Source of the DNA: Eledone cirrhosa
Lineage: Eukaryota
Direction of reading: 5' to 3'
NCBI GenBank assembly: GCA_964016885.1
Contig: OZ024743.1
Span: forward strand, 279,372,001 to 279,436,000
DNA length: 64,000 nt
The position numbers were made by a program, and so were the translations under genes. A model generated the notes under the pieces. The model did not search any database and was not told where the DNA came from. It saw only the letters and a list, made by a program, of their open reading frames with translations. Position 1 is the stretch's first letter. Every line of letters starts with the position of its first letter. Of this stretch, positions 1 to 12,889 are shown one piece after another.

Positions 1-412
1 TGTTAACATTTTATCGCTATGTCCATCATTACCCATTATCATCTTCTTCACAAATACCTATCCACCACATACTGCCACCACCACACTGTCCATCCTATCA
101 TACTTACACCAAAGGATTTAAAACCCATCACCCCCACCTCGAGTCTTACTTTATTCCTACAGTGTTAGCTTTTGAAACGTTAGTTCTTGTTCAATGAACC
201 TTTGCTAAACAGTCACAACTCCAATGTAATACAACTCACTATTTAGTCTTAATAAATTGAATATATATATATAGAAAACCTCAAATAAAAAGTCAAGATT
301 TGTTTCGATTTAACAGAGCAGAAAGAATTCGCGTCAGAATATTCCAACCAATCCAGCCTATATCAGCTGAATAAATATGTATATGGATATATATATATAT
401 ACACACCCACAT

Positions 413-477
<65 letters not shown>

Positions 478-989
478 TACATACACGCATGCATAACCAT
501 TCTGTCGAGAGCTTTATTCGATTTGTGATATTTTGCATTCTCGCAATATCATACGCAACTGAATCATTCGCCTAATAGAGGTGTTGCCTCCCTTGCTGAA
601 ACCCACGTGGGGTCAGTAATAGCCACACTATCTATAGCATTTTGGAGCAAAACCCGTTGATAACACGACTTCCTTGTTCATCATGTCACCAGAAGCCGAA
701 CATTCTTTATGTAGGCGGACAGTACCTGATTTTGGAGTCGCAGAAACCAATACTGGATTTTACCATCAGTCCAGGGTCCGGGAAAGTATCAACACATATA
801 TTTTTATTGTTTGACCCGAATTACTTGGTAGTTTGTTTTGGCTGTGCGGATGATATGTGTAACCATCATCTCAGTGTGTTTGGCCCTTAACGTATGTTGT
901 AGCTCTGATTCACATGAATCATCGAGCGCTTGCCACACATATCGGACGTTGATTTTCGTTAATTCCTGAGCTGAAAACGATTCTCGCTA

Positions 990-1039
<50 letters not shown>

Positions 1040-1330
1040 AGTGTAACTTGGAGTTACTGTATGTTCACCCCGGTGAGCACTCGATGTTCAGGTTCACTTC
1101 TGTATCGAGGTGTAGAGCTATACAAAGTGTATTATATTGAAAAGATAACAATTGTAAAGTCGGGTAAGATAGGTACAGATCGAACCTTGGGCTCATCAGT
1201 GGCGAAACACGCGTCACCTACCAATAAATGTAATGAAGAAGAATCCAATCGTCCTTGTTATCTTATATATATATATATATATATACATGAGATAACAAGG
1301 ACGATTGGATTCTCCTATATATATATATAT

Positions 1331-1510
1331 AGGAACGAGTAGGACCCCGACGGCTGAGCTCAAGCCGTTTCGACGGCTAATTATGGACTGAATCAGCCGT
1401 CGAAACGGCTTGAGCGCAGCCGTCGGGGTCCTACTCGTTCCTATTACCCACTCTACTACCCTTAGTATTGAGTACTTTGGTCCACCTCGTTCCTTACCAC
1501 ATTTCCTTCG

Positions 1511-1512
<2 letters not shown>
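1331..1512 (+). repeat. Family A fold-back mini-element; other copies at 8291-8505, 31406-31525, 33551-33740, 45885-46060, 54165-54306, 54322-54492, 63515-63718
   Basis: ~50-bp inverted arm plus forward arm (GAAACGGCTTGAGCTCAGCCGTCGGGGTC) plus a ~70-80-bp unique tail, in (TA)n. Confidence 0.9.
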
Positions 1513-1564
<52 letters not shown>

Positions 1565-1566
<2 letters not shown>

Positions 1567-2335
1567 GAACACTGATGGGTTATATCCGTAGCACTAGAGC
1601 ACTAAATCCATGGGACGGGTGTGATAGAAGTAGTTCCACAACAGTCAATTCACCATTTCCGAAAACAATTGTTTCACCTTATTCGGATCATCAGGTCGGT
1701 TTAAATGAGTTTGTACGGAAAAGGAAAAAAAATTGTACGAATACGCATGTGCAGAAACAGTCACTTCCCAGGGGGCAGGTAACCCACATAGGATCGGAGC
1801 AGAGAGACAACTGAGGATACTCAGAATAAAAATAAATTATTCATGTTATTCAGTCCAGAAAATTATTGATTGTTAATGTTAGTCAATCTGGAGCATTGTA
1901 ATTACGTAATGGGTCTTTCCAGACGTGTGGATAATGCGAAAAAAGTTCATTGCTTGAATTTAGACAAGCACTATTATGCACATTTTCATGATATTGATTC
2001 TTTCATCAATGCACACGCTACAAGTCAGATTCCCGTTTGAGTATGGCTTTGACACTTAGTAATAACTTTCCATTGCATGGAGTAATCCACGCTAGTGTTC
2101 TTGAGGGAGCATACGGGGATCGCGAGCTTCTTGGACGATCGTTTTTCAGGGTAGCTGGAAGTCGACAGATGATTCAGAAAGCTTTCTTTAAACCGGCCGT
2201 CCACATACCTACATAGGATTTGAGACATCCTGTTGAATTGGTCGGTTAGAAGTGACCACAGCTTTGTAAATTACAGCGGGTGTGTTACATTGTTGTTGAA
2301 GGGGACACGATTCAGGCCTTCGACAAGAGCATCCT
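1565..2335 (-). mobile_element. 3' end of a Penelope-like element: Cys linker + GIY-YIG endonuclease remnant + HHR-bearing 3' UTR
   Basis: Minus strand reads CSCRRPESCPLQQQCNTPAVIYKAVVTSN, then KSYVGM, DGRFKESFLNHLST, DYSMQWKVITKC and CLNSSNELFSHYPH, with frameshifts. HHR downstream at 1659-1699; ends in (TA)n. Confidence 0.82.
1659..1699 (-). ncRNA. Minimal type I hammerhead ribozyme
   Basis: ccgac CTGATGA tcc gaataa ggt GAAA caattg TT ttcgg; palindromic stem III; one stem I mismatch. Confidence 0.75.
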
Positions 2336-3566
2336 GGTGGGATCTGCTCTTAGCGTTGTTGGTGATGTCCCCCTCAACAACAATGTAACACACCCACTCA
2401 TTGGGCTCAGTGAGGGTAGTGTTGCTGGTGATGAAGTTACATGTGTATTAGTTGGGTTTGGAGTTGAATGAGAGAAAGGATGGGGATGGGGATGGGGAGT
2501 TGCAGGGAGCCGCTTGGAGGCACCGGAAGAGATGGAGCATTTTCCTTTAGAAACGTAAATTGGCCGGAGGTACTTAAAGGAGAATTGGAGTCGGTTGGTT
2601 AATAAATATATTGCGTGTTTCGAAAACGAGAAGCAAGTAAAGCAGAGAACTGCTGTGAACTGAGCTGAGCCATAGTGCAGTCCACTCAATTCCAAACTTA
2701 TCCAAACTAAACCTCACACAACATCTCTTCAACTATAAGCAACCGAATCTGTATAAACCCCTCATACGTTTGAACCCCCAAAATACATCCTACATCTTCT
2801 AGAAGCCCTCCTTTTCGATGATTCCTTCTCTACATAGAAATATTAGTTTATGGATGTCTTAAGAACACTCAATGCAAGCAATACCTACTAAGTTATCTCC
2901 TTCCTCTAGGCTATATACCTACTAAGTTATCTCCTTCCTCAACATTCTTACTACTGATATAAATATAGTGTATCCCGTCACGTAACAACATTGTCGAATG
3001 AAAACGATTTGTCTCCGTAAAATTGAACACCAGTTTAGTTGAATTCCAAATCTCGTCCTCTCTTACAACAACTAGTGATCAATAACAATAGTGTAAACAC
3101 TAAAAGGGTGAACAGAAAAGTTAACATCTGCGTGTGACTGAGAGCGGGGTCTGCATGTATTATTCACTGTTTAAGTCTGACTCCAAAGGGTGGAGAAAAC
3201 ATTGGCCCTGAGGATGGTGATTGAGACCCGCTGGCATAGCCGCTCCACATCACGGGCTTCTCGAGAGCGAGTATCCGTTTCCGCCCGGATAGCAGTACAT
3301 GCATACACACACACACGCACACATTTGCATGTACGTACACACACACAGCGACAAACACACACACACGCGCACGCGCACACACATACACACACACACACAC
3401 GCATATAATTGTTTCTACTTTTGGCACAAGGCCAGTAATTACCACTACATTACTGGTACTTTATTTTATTGACCCCGTAAGGATGAAAGGCAAAGTTAAC
3501 CTTGGCGGAATTTGAACTCAGATCATAAATGGGCGTAACTTATATATATATATATATATATATATA

Positions 3567-3831
3567 TTTGAAAAAAAAAAGGAAAAGAATGACTTCACTT
3601 GACAATCGTGACAATCGCCGCAGATAGACGAATGCGAGAAAGTTCTCCAGCCCAAGTTAACCAGAAATCTTTAAAATTCTTCCCACCGAAGTTAACAAAG
3701 AACTTATTGGATCTAACAACTCATAATATTATATTATAAAGTTAAATCAAAATTGTTTTAACACTACAACTGAAGTCACTCTTTTCCTTTTTTTCAAATA
3801 TACCTAACTGTACCAAGGATCTCAAACATTT

Positions 3832-3837
<6 letters not shown>
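3567..3837 (+). repeat. Fold-back insertion with a 37-bp tail
   Basis: TTTGAAAAAAAAAAGGAAAAGAATGACTTCA is inverted against TGAAGTCACTCTTTTCCTTTTTTTCAAA, followed by a short tail and (TA)n. Confidence 0.7.
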
Positions 3838-3909
<72 letters not shown>

Positions 3910-3992
3910 AAAAGGTAAACAGAAATAACATCACAATCGGTGCAGTATGTGGAAGGGATACATTAGGTTAAGCTTGATATAGCAGCAAGAGG

Positions 3993-4030
3993 TTCCTAAT
4001 GTTTCGGACGCTAGTCCTTCATCAGAAGAA
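3993..4030 (-). ncRNA. Minimal type I HHR in a ~175-bp repeat (homologue at 46233-46397)
   Basis: ttctt CTGATGA a ggac tagc gtcc GAAA cattagga. Confidence 0.7.
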
Positions 4031-4280
4031 AGAATGATTAATAAGGTAGAGTGAAGGAACGGGCGGGTTGGAATTGGAAAAAAATGTATATATATATACT
4101 CAAGGACATAAAGCATCGCCTCGGTTCCTGGACCAGGCGATGCGTTATGTCCTTGAGCAAGACACTTTATTTCACGTTGCTCCTTCTACCTGGAGTTGCG
4201 ACCAATAGATAGTATTAGCAATTGGAAAGACCAATGGAAACATTGTTTCCTCAGTCCGATTTGACGAATGTCGATCCCTC

Positions 4281-4326
<46 letters not shown>

Positions 4327-5285
4327 TAGAGGGGGAAGGGAGAGAGATAAAGAGAAAAAAGAGAGAGATGGAGAAAATGAAAGACAAACATAGAGAGGTG
4401 TTAGATAGATACATAGATAGAATTCCATTGGCCATTTCTACTGTGGTTGATGTTAGTGTGTGTATACGTGTAAGAAAGGCAGAGATTTCTGTAGTCGCGT
4501 AGGTTGACATTAGCCGCTTGTTTCTAGACCATATCAACACTCCTCGCAGCTGCACACACAAAGCATATCTAACATTCAGTCTAACATTCATATGATTATA
4601 TACACCCACGAAAACTCACATATACATACACTTACATACAGACACAGAGATTTATTTTTACGCATATAAATACACACGAGCTCCACTTCACGCACTGAAT
4701 AACCTGATATCAGTAAAGTAAACATCAAATAACCCACCCACCCACTTATAACAGACAATATCTTTATTTTATAAAAGAACCAAACTTGTTCAATGGAACT
4801 CACGCAAACACACACAAACACATTCAAACACATGTACGCATATATATATATGTGTGTGTGTGGGTGTGTGGGTGTGTGTGTGTATGTATATATACATGTG
4901 TATATATACATATATATACATGTATATATATAGGAATATTTATATATATATGTATGTATGTATATATGTATGTATTATATATATGTATCCCAGTACAACC
5001 TGTCTTAAAAGCTTCACGGCACAGGCATTGCTTTATATCTGGACATCTCCCAGGACTTGTCGTCACATGGTACCATGCGCCCAGCACTATGTGTCAATAA
5101 TTGTCAAAAGTGTAGTGTTTTTACCAGAGTTTTCAAGTCGCTGGCTGGACTAAAAAGTCCCACTCGTAGGGGTTCGGTAGGGGTTCTCCTACATGGATAT
5201 AAAGTAGTGGACGTACTCGAAAACGAGTTGGCAGCAACCATTATATATATAGGAAAATATGGGTGAGAAGAATATATATATATAT

Positions 5286-5439
5286 AGTAATAATAATAAA
5301 TTTGAAGACTAAAATCCAAAGAGGGCTCGATAAGGATAAATGTATATCAAATATATAAAAACCGTAGAGCAAATATTTATTAAAATAACAGATTAAAGCA
5401 ACGATTCTTTGTTTAAACTTTAATCTGTTATTTTAATAA

Positions 5440-5442
<3 letters not shown>
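5286..5442 (-). repeat. Fold-back mini-element family; copies at 7121-7303 and a minimal one at 23353-23393
   Basis: Inverted TATTTATTAAAATAACAGATTAAA arms plus a ~90-bp tail ending TTATTATTAC. Confidence 0.8.
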
Positions 5443-5474
<32 letters not shown>

Positions 5475-5587
5475 TTTTGTAATATAATGAAACGAAATTT
5501 CATTTCTCATTCTTAGTACGGCACTTACTTAAATGTAAGTATGTATGTATACGTACATACATATATGTATACAGACGTAGAGTAGCA

Positions 5588-5623
<36 letters not shown>

Positions 5624-5815
5624 CAGGTACACATATATATATGTACGTATCAGTTTAGCGATCGTTTTAGTATCGTTTCATTATATTACAACTTATCGTT
5701 TTCGGTACGCCTGGCCGACTGAACTCACTCGATATGCAAATTAGGCTGCTCAGCCGTTAATTTTCATAAGGAAAGTATATACTTTTGAACGTTCAACTAT
5801 CTGGCAGAAGGGTAT

Positions 5816-5858
5816 ACGGTGCTGATGATAGCTAACAAGCTTGAAACTAGTACATCGT
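5816..5858 (+). ncRNA. Type I HHR
   Basis: acggtg CTGATGA t agct aaca agct t GAAA ctag TA catcgt; ACTAGT palindrome. Confidence 0.88.
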
Positions 5859-6219
5859 TCCTGTGTCAGTGTTGATCAAAAAGGTGACGTGGTTGCCTTA
5901 ACACCGTATGGCATAAATCAGGCTGTTCGCTTGTTTACAAACGGACAAAGCGGGCGTTATAATAAACGTTCGCTAAACTGATACGTACATATATATATGT
6001 GTACCTGTATATATATATATATGCATGCTACTGTACGTCTGTATACATATATGTATGTACGTATACATACATACTTATATATATATGTATATATATATAT
6101 ATATATGTATATCTATATGTATATATATATAAGTATATATATATGTGTGTATATATATGTGTATATATATATATGTATATGTATGTGAATATATATATAT
6201 ATATATAGATATGTACATA

Positions 6220-6267
<48 letters not shown>

Positions 6268-6443
6268 TATATATATATATATTCGTATATACATATTTAT
6301 TCATATATATATATATATATGTAGGAGGTGAATTTTATTGTAGTACAATAAAGCAATGCAGATATCGGATAAGTAGTAAATGATATGTTGATTTAAAACT
6401 GCTCTATTCACAAGTGTTTTTTAACCTTCGTATCATGTCTCCC

Positions 6444-6514
6444 TATTTTATCTGACGAAAACGCAAATGTCATCGCATGATGATATTTGTTTTTGAAATG
6501 CGCATAATAAAATA
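6444..6514 (+). ncRNA. Type I HHR with long stem II
   Basis: tattttat CTGACGA aaacgcaaatgtcatc gcat gatgatatttgttttt GAAA tgcgca TA ataaaata; 8-bp stem I. Confidence 0.88.
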
Positions 6515-6707
6515 CATGGAACTCTTTTAACCATCTATTGTTCTTATATATTATTATATATATATATATTAGAAAGTGAGGGTTTTTTTACAAAATGAAA
6601 AATAACCGAGGTGTCCTACACGAGTGAAAGTATAAAGAAAAACATATGAAATCGAAAATGCAACTGGAGTCTTATTTTTTTTTTAAAATATATATATTTA
6701 TTTGGTT

Positions 6708-6745
6708 CCTTTACCGGTTTCGCAGCTCTTCTGCTTTTCAAAAGG
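6708..6745 (-). ncRNA. Type I HHR, U3-A8 core variant
   Basis: cctt TTGAAAA gcag aagag ctgc GAAA ccgg TA aagg. Confidence 0.72.
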
Positions 6746-7685
6746 TGAGTTGAGATGGAGGGTCTGTGGTTTTTCTCACATCTGTATATATATATATAGT
6801 TTTTCTCACATCTGTATATATATATATATAGTTTTCTTTTGTGCATTTGCTTACCACGTGCCATTGGTAATTTATTATTATTATTATTATTTATATTTTA
6901 CATTTGCCGTCTTGTATCGCTGTTTTTATTTTCTTAATCCTTATTTTTTATGTGACGGCCTATTATGATTATTTATTCTTATTTGTGTGTGTGCATATGT
7001 ATCCTTTTATATGTGAGTACATATGAATGTGTGTGTGTATATATATGCGTGTATGTATAAGTGTGTGTATGTATGTATGTGTATGTGTATATATATGTAT
7101 ATATATTTATATGTATATAAAGTAATAATAATAAATTTGAAGACTAAAATCCAAAGAGGGCTCGATAAGGATAGATATATATCAAATATATAAGAACCAT
7201 AGAGCAAATATTTATTAACATAACAGATTAATGTTTAAGAAGATGCCGTTAAGGGTGAAAGCAGCGATTCTATGCTGAAACTTTAATCTGTTATTTTAAT
7301 AAATATATATATATAGATATAGATAGATATATATGTATGTGTGTGCATGTATATATACGTATGTATATATATATATATATATGTGTGTGTGTTGGTGTAT
7401 TTATGTATGGATATATATATATATATATGTGTGTGTGTATGTGTGTGTATATGTGCCTCTGTGTATATTTGTGTGTATGTGTGCGTGTATATATTTATAT
7501 ATATATATGTATATATGTGTGTATATGGGAGTGTGTGTGCGTGTGTGCGTGTGTGTGTCTACGTGTGTGTTGTTATATATTCTTATTTATTATTCCCTCC
7601 CCCCCTTTTTTTTCCTGCAGCCTCACTTTCATATCTGTTATATTTTTGTTTTTCAAATCCACTGCCAATAAAGACACCAGGATTT

Positions 7686-7745
7686 TTTCATTCTGATGAA
7701 TGAAAGCCATTTTGGTTGCTTTCAAGAAACCACTGGTAAATCAAA
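7686..7745 (+). ncRNA. Type I HHR
   Basis: att CTGATGA a tgaaagc cattttggtt gctttca a GAAA ccactgg TA aat. Confidence 0.75.
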
Positions 7746-7838
7746 TAATTATCATATGTTGTTTATTACATAACTAATAAGCTTTGTAACCTACATAGAG
7801 CACTCTTTTTTCCTGGACCTTTCCGAGGGAATTACTTC

Positions 7839-7911
<73 letters not shown>

Positions 7912-8000
7912 CACACATATATATATACACACACATATATATATATACACATATATATATATATATTTTTTATTTGTTACATTCATTTATTATATTTCGA

Positions 8001-8058
8001 ATACCTGATGATATCTCCGGATTCATACGGAACCCGGTCATTGAAATGATCATAGTGT
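8001..8058 (+). ncRNA. Type I HHR (family shared with 22142 and 53967)
   Basis: atac CTGATGA ..ccgg attc atacg gaac ccgg.. GAAA tgatca TA gtgt. Confidence 0.75.
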
Positions 8059-8247
8059 AATAAACCTTTCAAGGATTTACACAATTCCAGCCTCCTGTTA
8101 TTTTATTATAATATTTAACTCCGTACTCGCACCACCAACTACACAAACGACGACGGTTGAGCTGCTTTACGTTGAGTACTCTCCATTATTACATCAAGAT
8201 TGACCATACGGAATGACCAGCTCTATCCAGTGGTGAACCTTCAAACC

Positions 8248-8293
<46 letters not shown>

Positions 8294-8503
8294 AACGAGT
8301 AGGACCCCGACGGCTGAGCTCAAGCCGTTTCGACGGCTAATTCTGGACTGAAAAAAAAAAAAAAATAGTCAAGGATTAGCTGTCGAAACGGCTTGAGCTC
8401 AGCCGTCGGGATCCTACTCGTTCCTATTACCCACTCTACTACCCTAAGTATTGAGTACTTTGGTGCGTTATGGTCCACCTGCTTCCTTACCACATTTCCT
8501 TCG

Positions 8504-8553
<50 letters not shown>

Positions 8554-8677
8554 ATGTATATCAGAAGTAGCAGTCGCAAATCTAAGTTGATAACGATATT
8601 TCTTTCTTTATTTCCTTCTATTTATTTCATTTTCCCACTCTCCCTTTCCCCGTCATTTATTCTATTGATATATTCAG

Positions 8678-8750
<73 letters not shown>

Positions 8751-9894
8751 AATGGACATTTGACACTTGGAAAATGAATGTTCTTGGCTAATATAGCAGC
8801 TTGACATCAAATGGGTACGCTCTTGCGAACAATTTAGGAACCGCAACACTTGATGTTATGCAGACCTGCCAACCTCTAAAAACGCAAACGGGAAGTACCA
8901 TGAAAAAAAGTGCCCCAAAGCGGGGAGAAATGATGCAAAATGGGTAGATTTTTACATAATGAAAGCTATACCCATTTACACAAGAGAAAACATCTCTCAC
9001 CCACACCAAAGCGGATGGGAGATCTTCATCTCGAACGGGGAAAATTGTCAGGCTTGGTTATGTGTAGAGAATCGATTACTTTCCATTAGCTTTCCGAATT
9101 CTCAGGTGGAAATTTCCCTCCAGTTCTATGGAGTGAATGCCTAACAAGCAAGATAGATCTGTTACTGCCGTGACACCCTCATTGGTTAGTTTTGTTCAAT
9201 TGTTTTCTCAGTGCTTGTTGCTGGTATTAGTGGAAATGAAAAATAACAGATTTATATGTTTCCATTTTCAGTTTGTTCACCGTCAAAGATAGATTCCGGT
9301 AAAGTATTTATTTGTGAATAACGCAATCACTTCCTACAATAATGATAAAAATACCTTATAAAATAATTTGGGAGAATCGGAAAGTTTTCTTTGTACAGAT
9401 TTCGTTATGTATTTGCAATGGGTGAAATAATTTATCCCTTCTATTCAATGGCTATGGTTCTTAGGTTAGGGTGAAATATTTCTCAAATATGCGCAACGCC
9501 CATCTCTGACGTATGTGGTGCAGTATTTAAACCTGCAAAATATTAAGACATTCTGAATATTAACGTATTCCAGGTTTCAGACGTACCGCACGATCCGGAG
9601 GAGAAATTTTGATGGGTACAATATGCTTTTTGTTTTATCTGGTCAGTATAGTTTGTCGTGGTATCATCGTTTTGCTGTTACAATTGTTCCATATATCATC
9701 GCTTTAATGACCGGTAAGAAATTAAATGAGCATTTCGATGATTCTTCAATTACATATTCTCTGTTGAGGGTTAGGTGATAGCGGATGTGTAAATATGTTT
9801 TCGTTTGACATGTGTAATCTGTATGGTATTGTTATCCAAGCAGCAATATCCATTGCAAATGGTTCTTTTGATGGTGAGTGTGATTACTTTCTAC

Positions 9895-9938
<44 letters not shown>

Positions 9939-10269
9939 TATAAATAGTATGAATGGGTGTGCATGCCTTATAAACAACGGTGTGTCATTAGAATGTTTTA
10001 CAAATGTTAACTTGGTCAGAAATCAATTAGAGCACAGCTCGGTGTTATATATAAATATTGTGTAATGCCATTCAGTTGCTACACTGAAGGGTATGTTACA
10101 CAGTCAAAGCCTAATAAAGCTACACTCTTCAAAGTAGGATTTCTTGCTTGCTCAGACAACAATAACACTAGTAAAATTTAATATCAAAACATTGTGTCTT
10201 GGAACTTGGTGTTCAAGAGATGACAAATCACATTAGAAAGTGACAACATCTGTTTCATTGGACATATTA

Positions 10270-11440
10270 GTCAGATTATAGCAGGAAATGACTGTGATGC
10301 GAGGATTGTCATTAAAAGACTCTATTACAGTTATAACGACCAATATTTATGATGAAACGCTACTCAGTCGCATGCACACGAAGATTGAAATGGTGATTGG
10401 AAGAACCGAACTGGTGTCTGCAAGAATACATCTGCGTCGTCATAGATTTTGACAGTTCTACGAATCCAAGAGAGAATGCAAGGAAACAATCTGAAAGCAG
10501 TTCTCCTACCTGTCGAATTTTCGAAGGTTTTCGATTCCGTTCATAGAGGCAAGAATGGGGGAAATATGGCTTATGGCAGGAAACTGTGGGCTCTATAATG
10601 ATGCTGTACAAAGATAGCCAAGTCATCATGGTAGGATCATTAGGATAGTGCCACAGAGTTTGTCGATATCAGCGCTGGCATGCTACAGGATAATGTGTTT
10701 GGATTATGTATTTAGAACGTCACTTGACAAGATGAACCAGTATAACTTCACTCTGAAAACAGCGAGGATATGCAAACGCTATCCGGCCGAAGCCATTACC
10801 AATGCTAGCTGTGCAGATGATCTTACAATTATATCAGATGCAGCACACGAATCAGTATGTTACCAGGCAGGATGTTACAACAAGGAAGGCTATATAAATT
10901 CACTAGCGGATAAAACAGTTCACCCAACTTGAAAGCAAAATCTCGAAACAAAGTCTCACTGAAGGCGACGTAAACACATGGATCGGCAAAGCTTCGGATA
11001 TCTTGAATAAGATGAAAATAATTTGGAAATCGAAGTTACTGAAACAAATGAAACACTAATTCTTCTAAGTGGCACTCCTGCTGTACGGGTGTACGACATG
11101 GACTCTCAACAACGCGAGAAGACAACTGATGGAATTTACACATATCTTGGAAATAGCATGTAACACAAAGCAAATTTACGACCATCTAAGTGCAACCTCT
11201 TATACCATCCGAGTGAGATGTACGACATCTGCGGACACAGAACAAAATATGAAATTGTCAGCGATGTGTTTCCACGGATATGAAATTATTGGCATTCCAA
11301 TGTGAACAGGCATCACAAAACCTATTTCCAATGTGGGGAAGCTGTGTGCACTCTGAAGGACTTGCCTCCATCAATGAACGATCGAGATGGATGGAGAAGG
11401 GCATTCATGGTGATTCGTGCTACCAGTATACCGAGATGAG
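10270..11440 (+). pseudogene. Degenerate RTE-clade LINE reverse transcriptase
   Basis: Broken motifs FDSVHRGK, IMMLYKDS, DISAGMLQ, CLDYVFRTSLD..ADDLTIISD, LLYGCTTWTL. Confidence 0.75.
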
Positions 11441-12606
11441 GAAATTTAAAATATTGAAATTTAGAAATTTACTAGCAAAACATCTTGTAATTAATCATGG
11501 TTTTTGATACATCTTCATATATCTTTTATCAGACTAATTTTCTAATATAACAGGCTAGCAATTATTTTAATTTCTAAATAATAAATTCATTCAAGTATCT
11601 TTTACTGCTTCAAATCCTAATTTAGAAATATGTTGGTGTTGTTATTGCTGCTGCTGCAGCTGTAGTTGTTGTTATGTTTGATGTTGCTACTGCTGTTGTT
11701 TTTGTTGTTACTGTTGTGGTGGTTGCTGAACATGTTGCTTCAGCTGTTGTGATTGTTATCATGTTGTTACTATTTCGATACTGTTGCTACTGCTTATGTA
11801 TAATCATTTGCAAAGATAATAATGGTGACGATTAAGATGATGATGATAATTATGATGATGATAAAGATAATGATGAATATGGCCTATTTCTTTTTACTAA
11901 CCATTAAGACAGTGAATAATTATATATATTTACAAGCATCTAAGTATTCATATCTATATGAAAGACGTGTACACAAAATTAAACATGAAAATAAAAATAT
12001 ATTAAACTTCACAGTTACGTTTTGAAGATTATTCATGAAATTCAAATTATTATTTTATTAATTATATTGAATACTGCTGTGCTAAATAATAGTATTGTAT
12101 ATAATATTATTGTATGAATTAATTAAATTTATCAATTAGCTAAAGGCATAAAATTTGCGCATTTAAAATAGCGGATCTAATGTTTTGTATATATTAAAAT
12201 GCTTCTTCAGAATTTATGCTTCACTATGATTTAATATAATGAATTTGCACTTTATTGCAAAGTTCTGAATTTGCATGAAGACATGGGACATGTGATGTCG
12301 GGTGTATGCTTTATGCAGGAATACCAACAATGTAAATTAGGTTAAATACCTTACACCAGGACACGGAAACATGCTGTAAATATATGTGTACCTGTGAGAG
12401 GCGGGAACTACAGAATATAATACTAAAGTATTGAATAAATATTCATATGTAAAACGATTTACAGATATACAGTAAATGAATATACATATTATTAATTTCC
12501 TAGCTTTCAGTTTTCAACTATGTTAAGTCGAAGTAGCGTTGCCTCAGGCAATTTAAAACAGTTGCAGCCCATCCACATCTGACCACAGACGAGAAGAGAA
12601 ATAGTG

Positions 12607-12688
<82 letters not shown>

Positions 12689-12889
12689 AGTAGTGGTTAT
12701 TTAAATGTATTCCTTGGCCGAACAAGCCATCTGAAAATTTGGCGTTTATTGGTCTTCATCATTGTAAATGTAGTCCCCGCATCTGCTTGATGGCATGGCA
12801 GCAATCAATTAGTTATATAGATTGTCCATTATATATACAGTACGCACATACATACATACATACATACATACATACATACATACATACAT

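Noticed and set aside
500-622. HHR-like CTGTCGA..GAAACCCACGTGGGGTC
   Set aside because: Invariant A6 is mutated and stems I and II are weak; at best a decayed copy.
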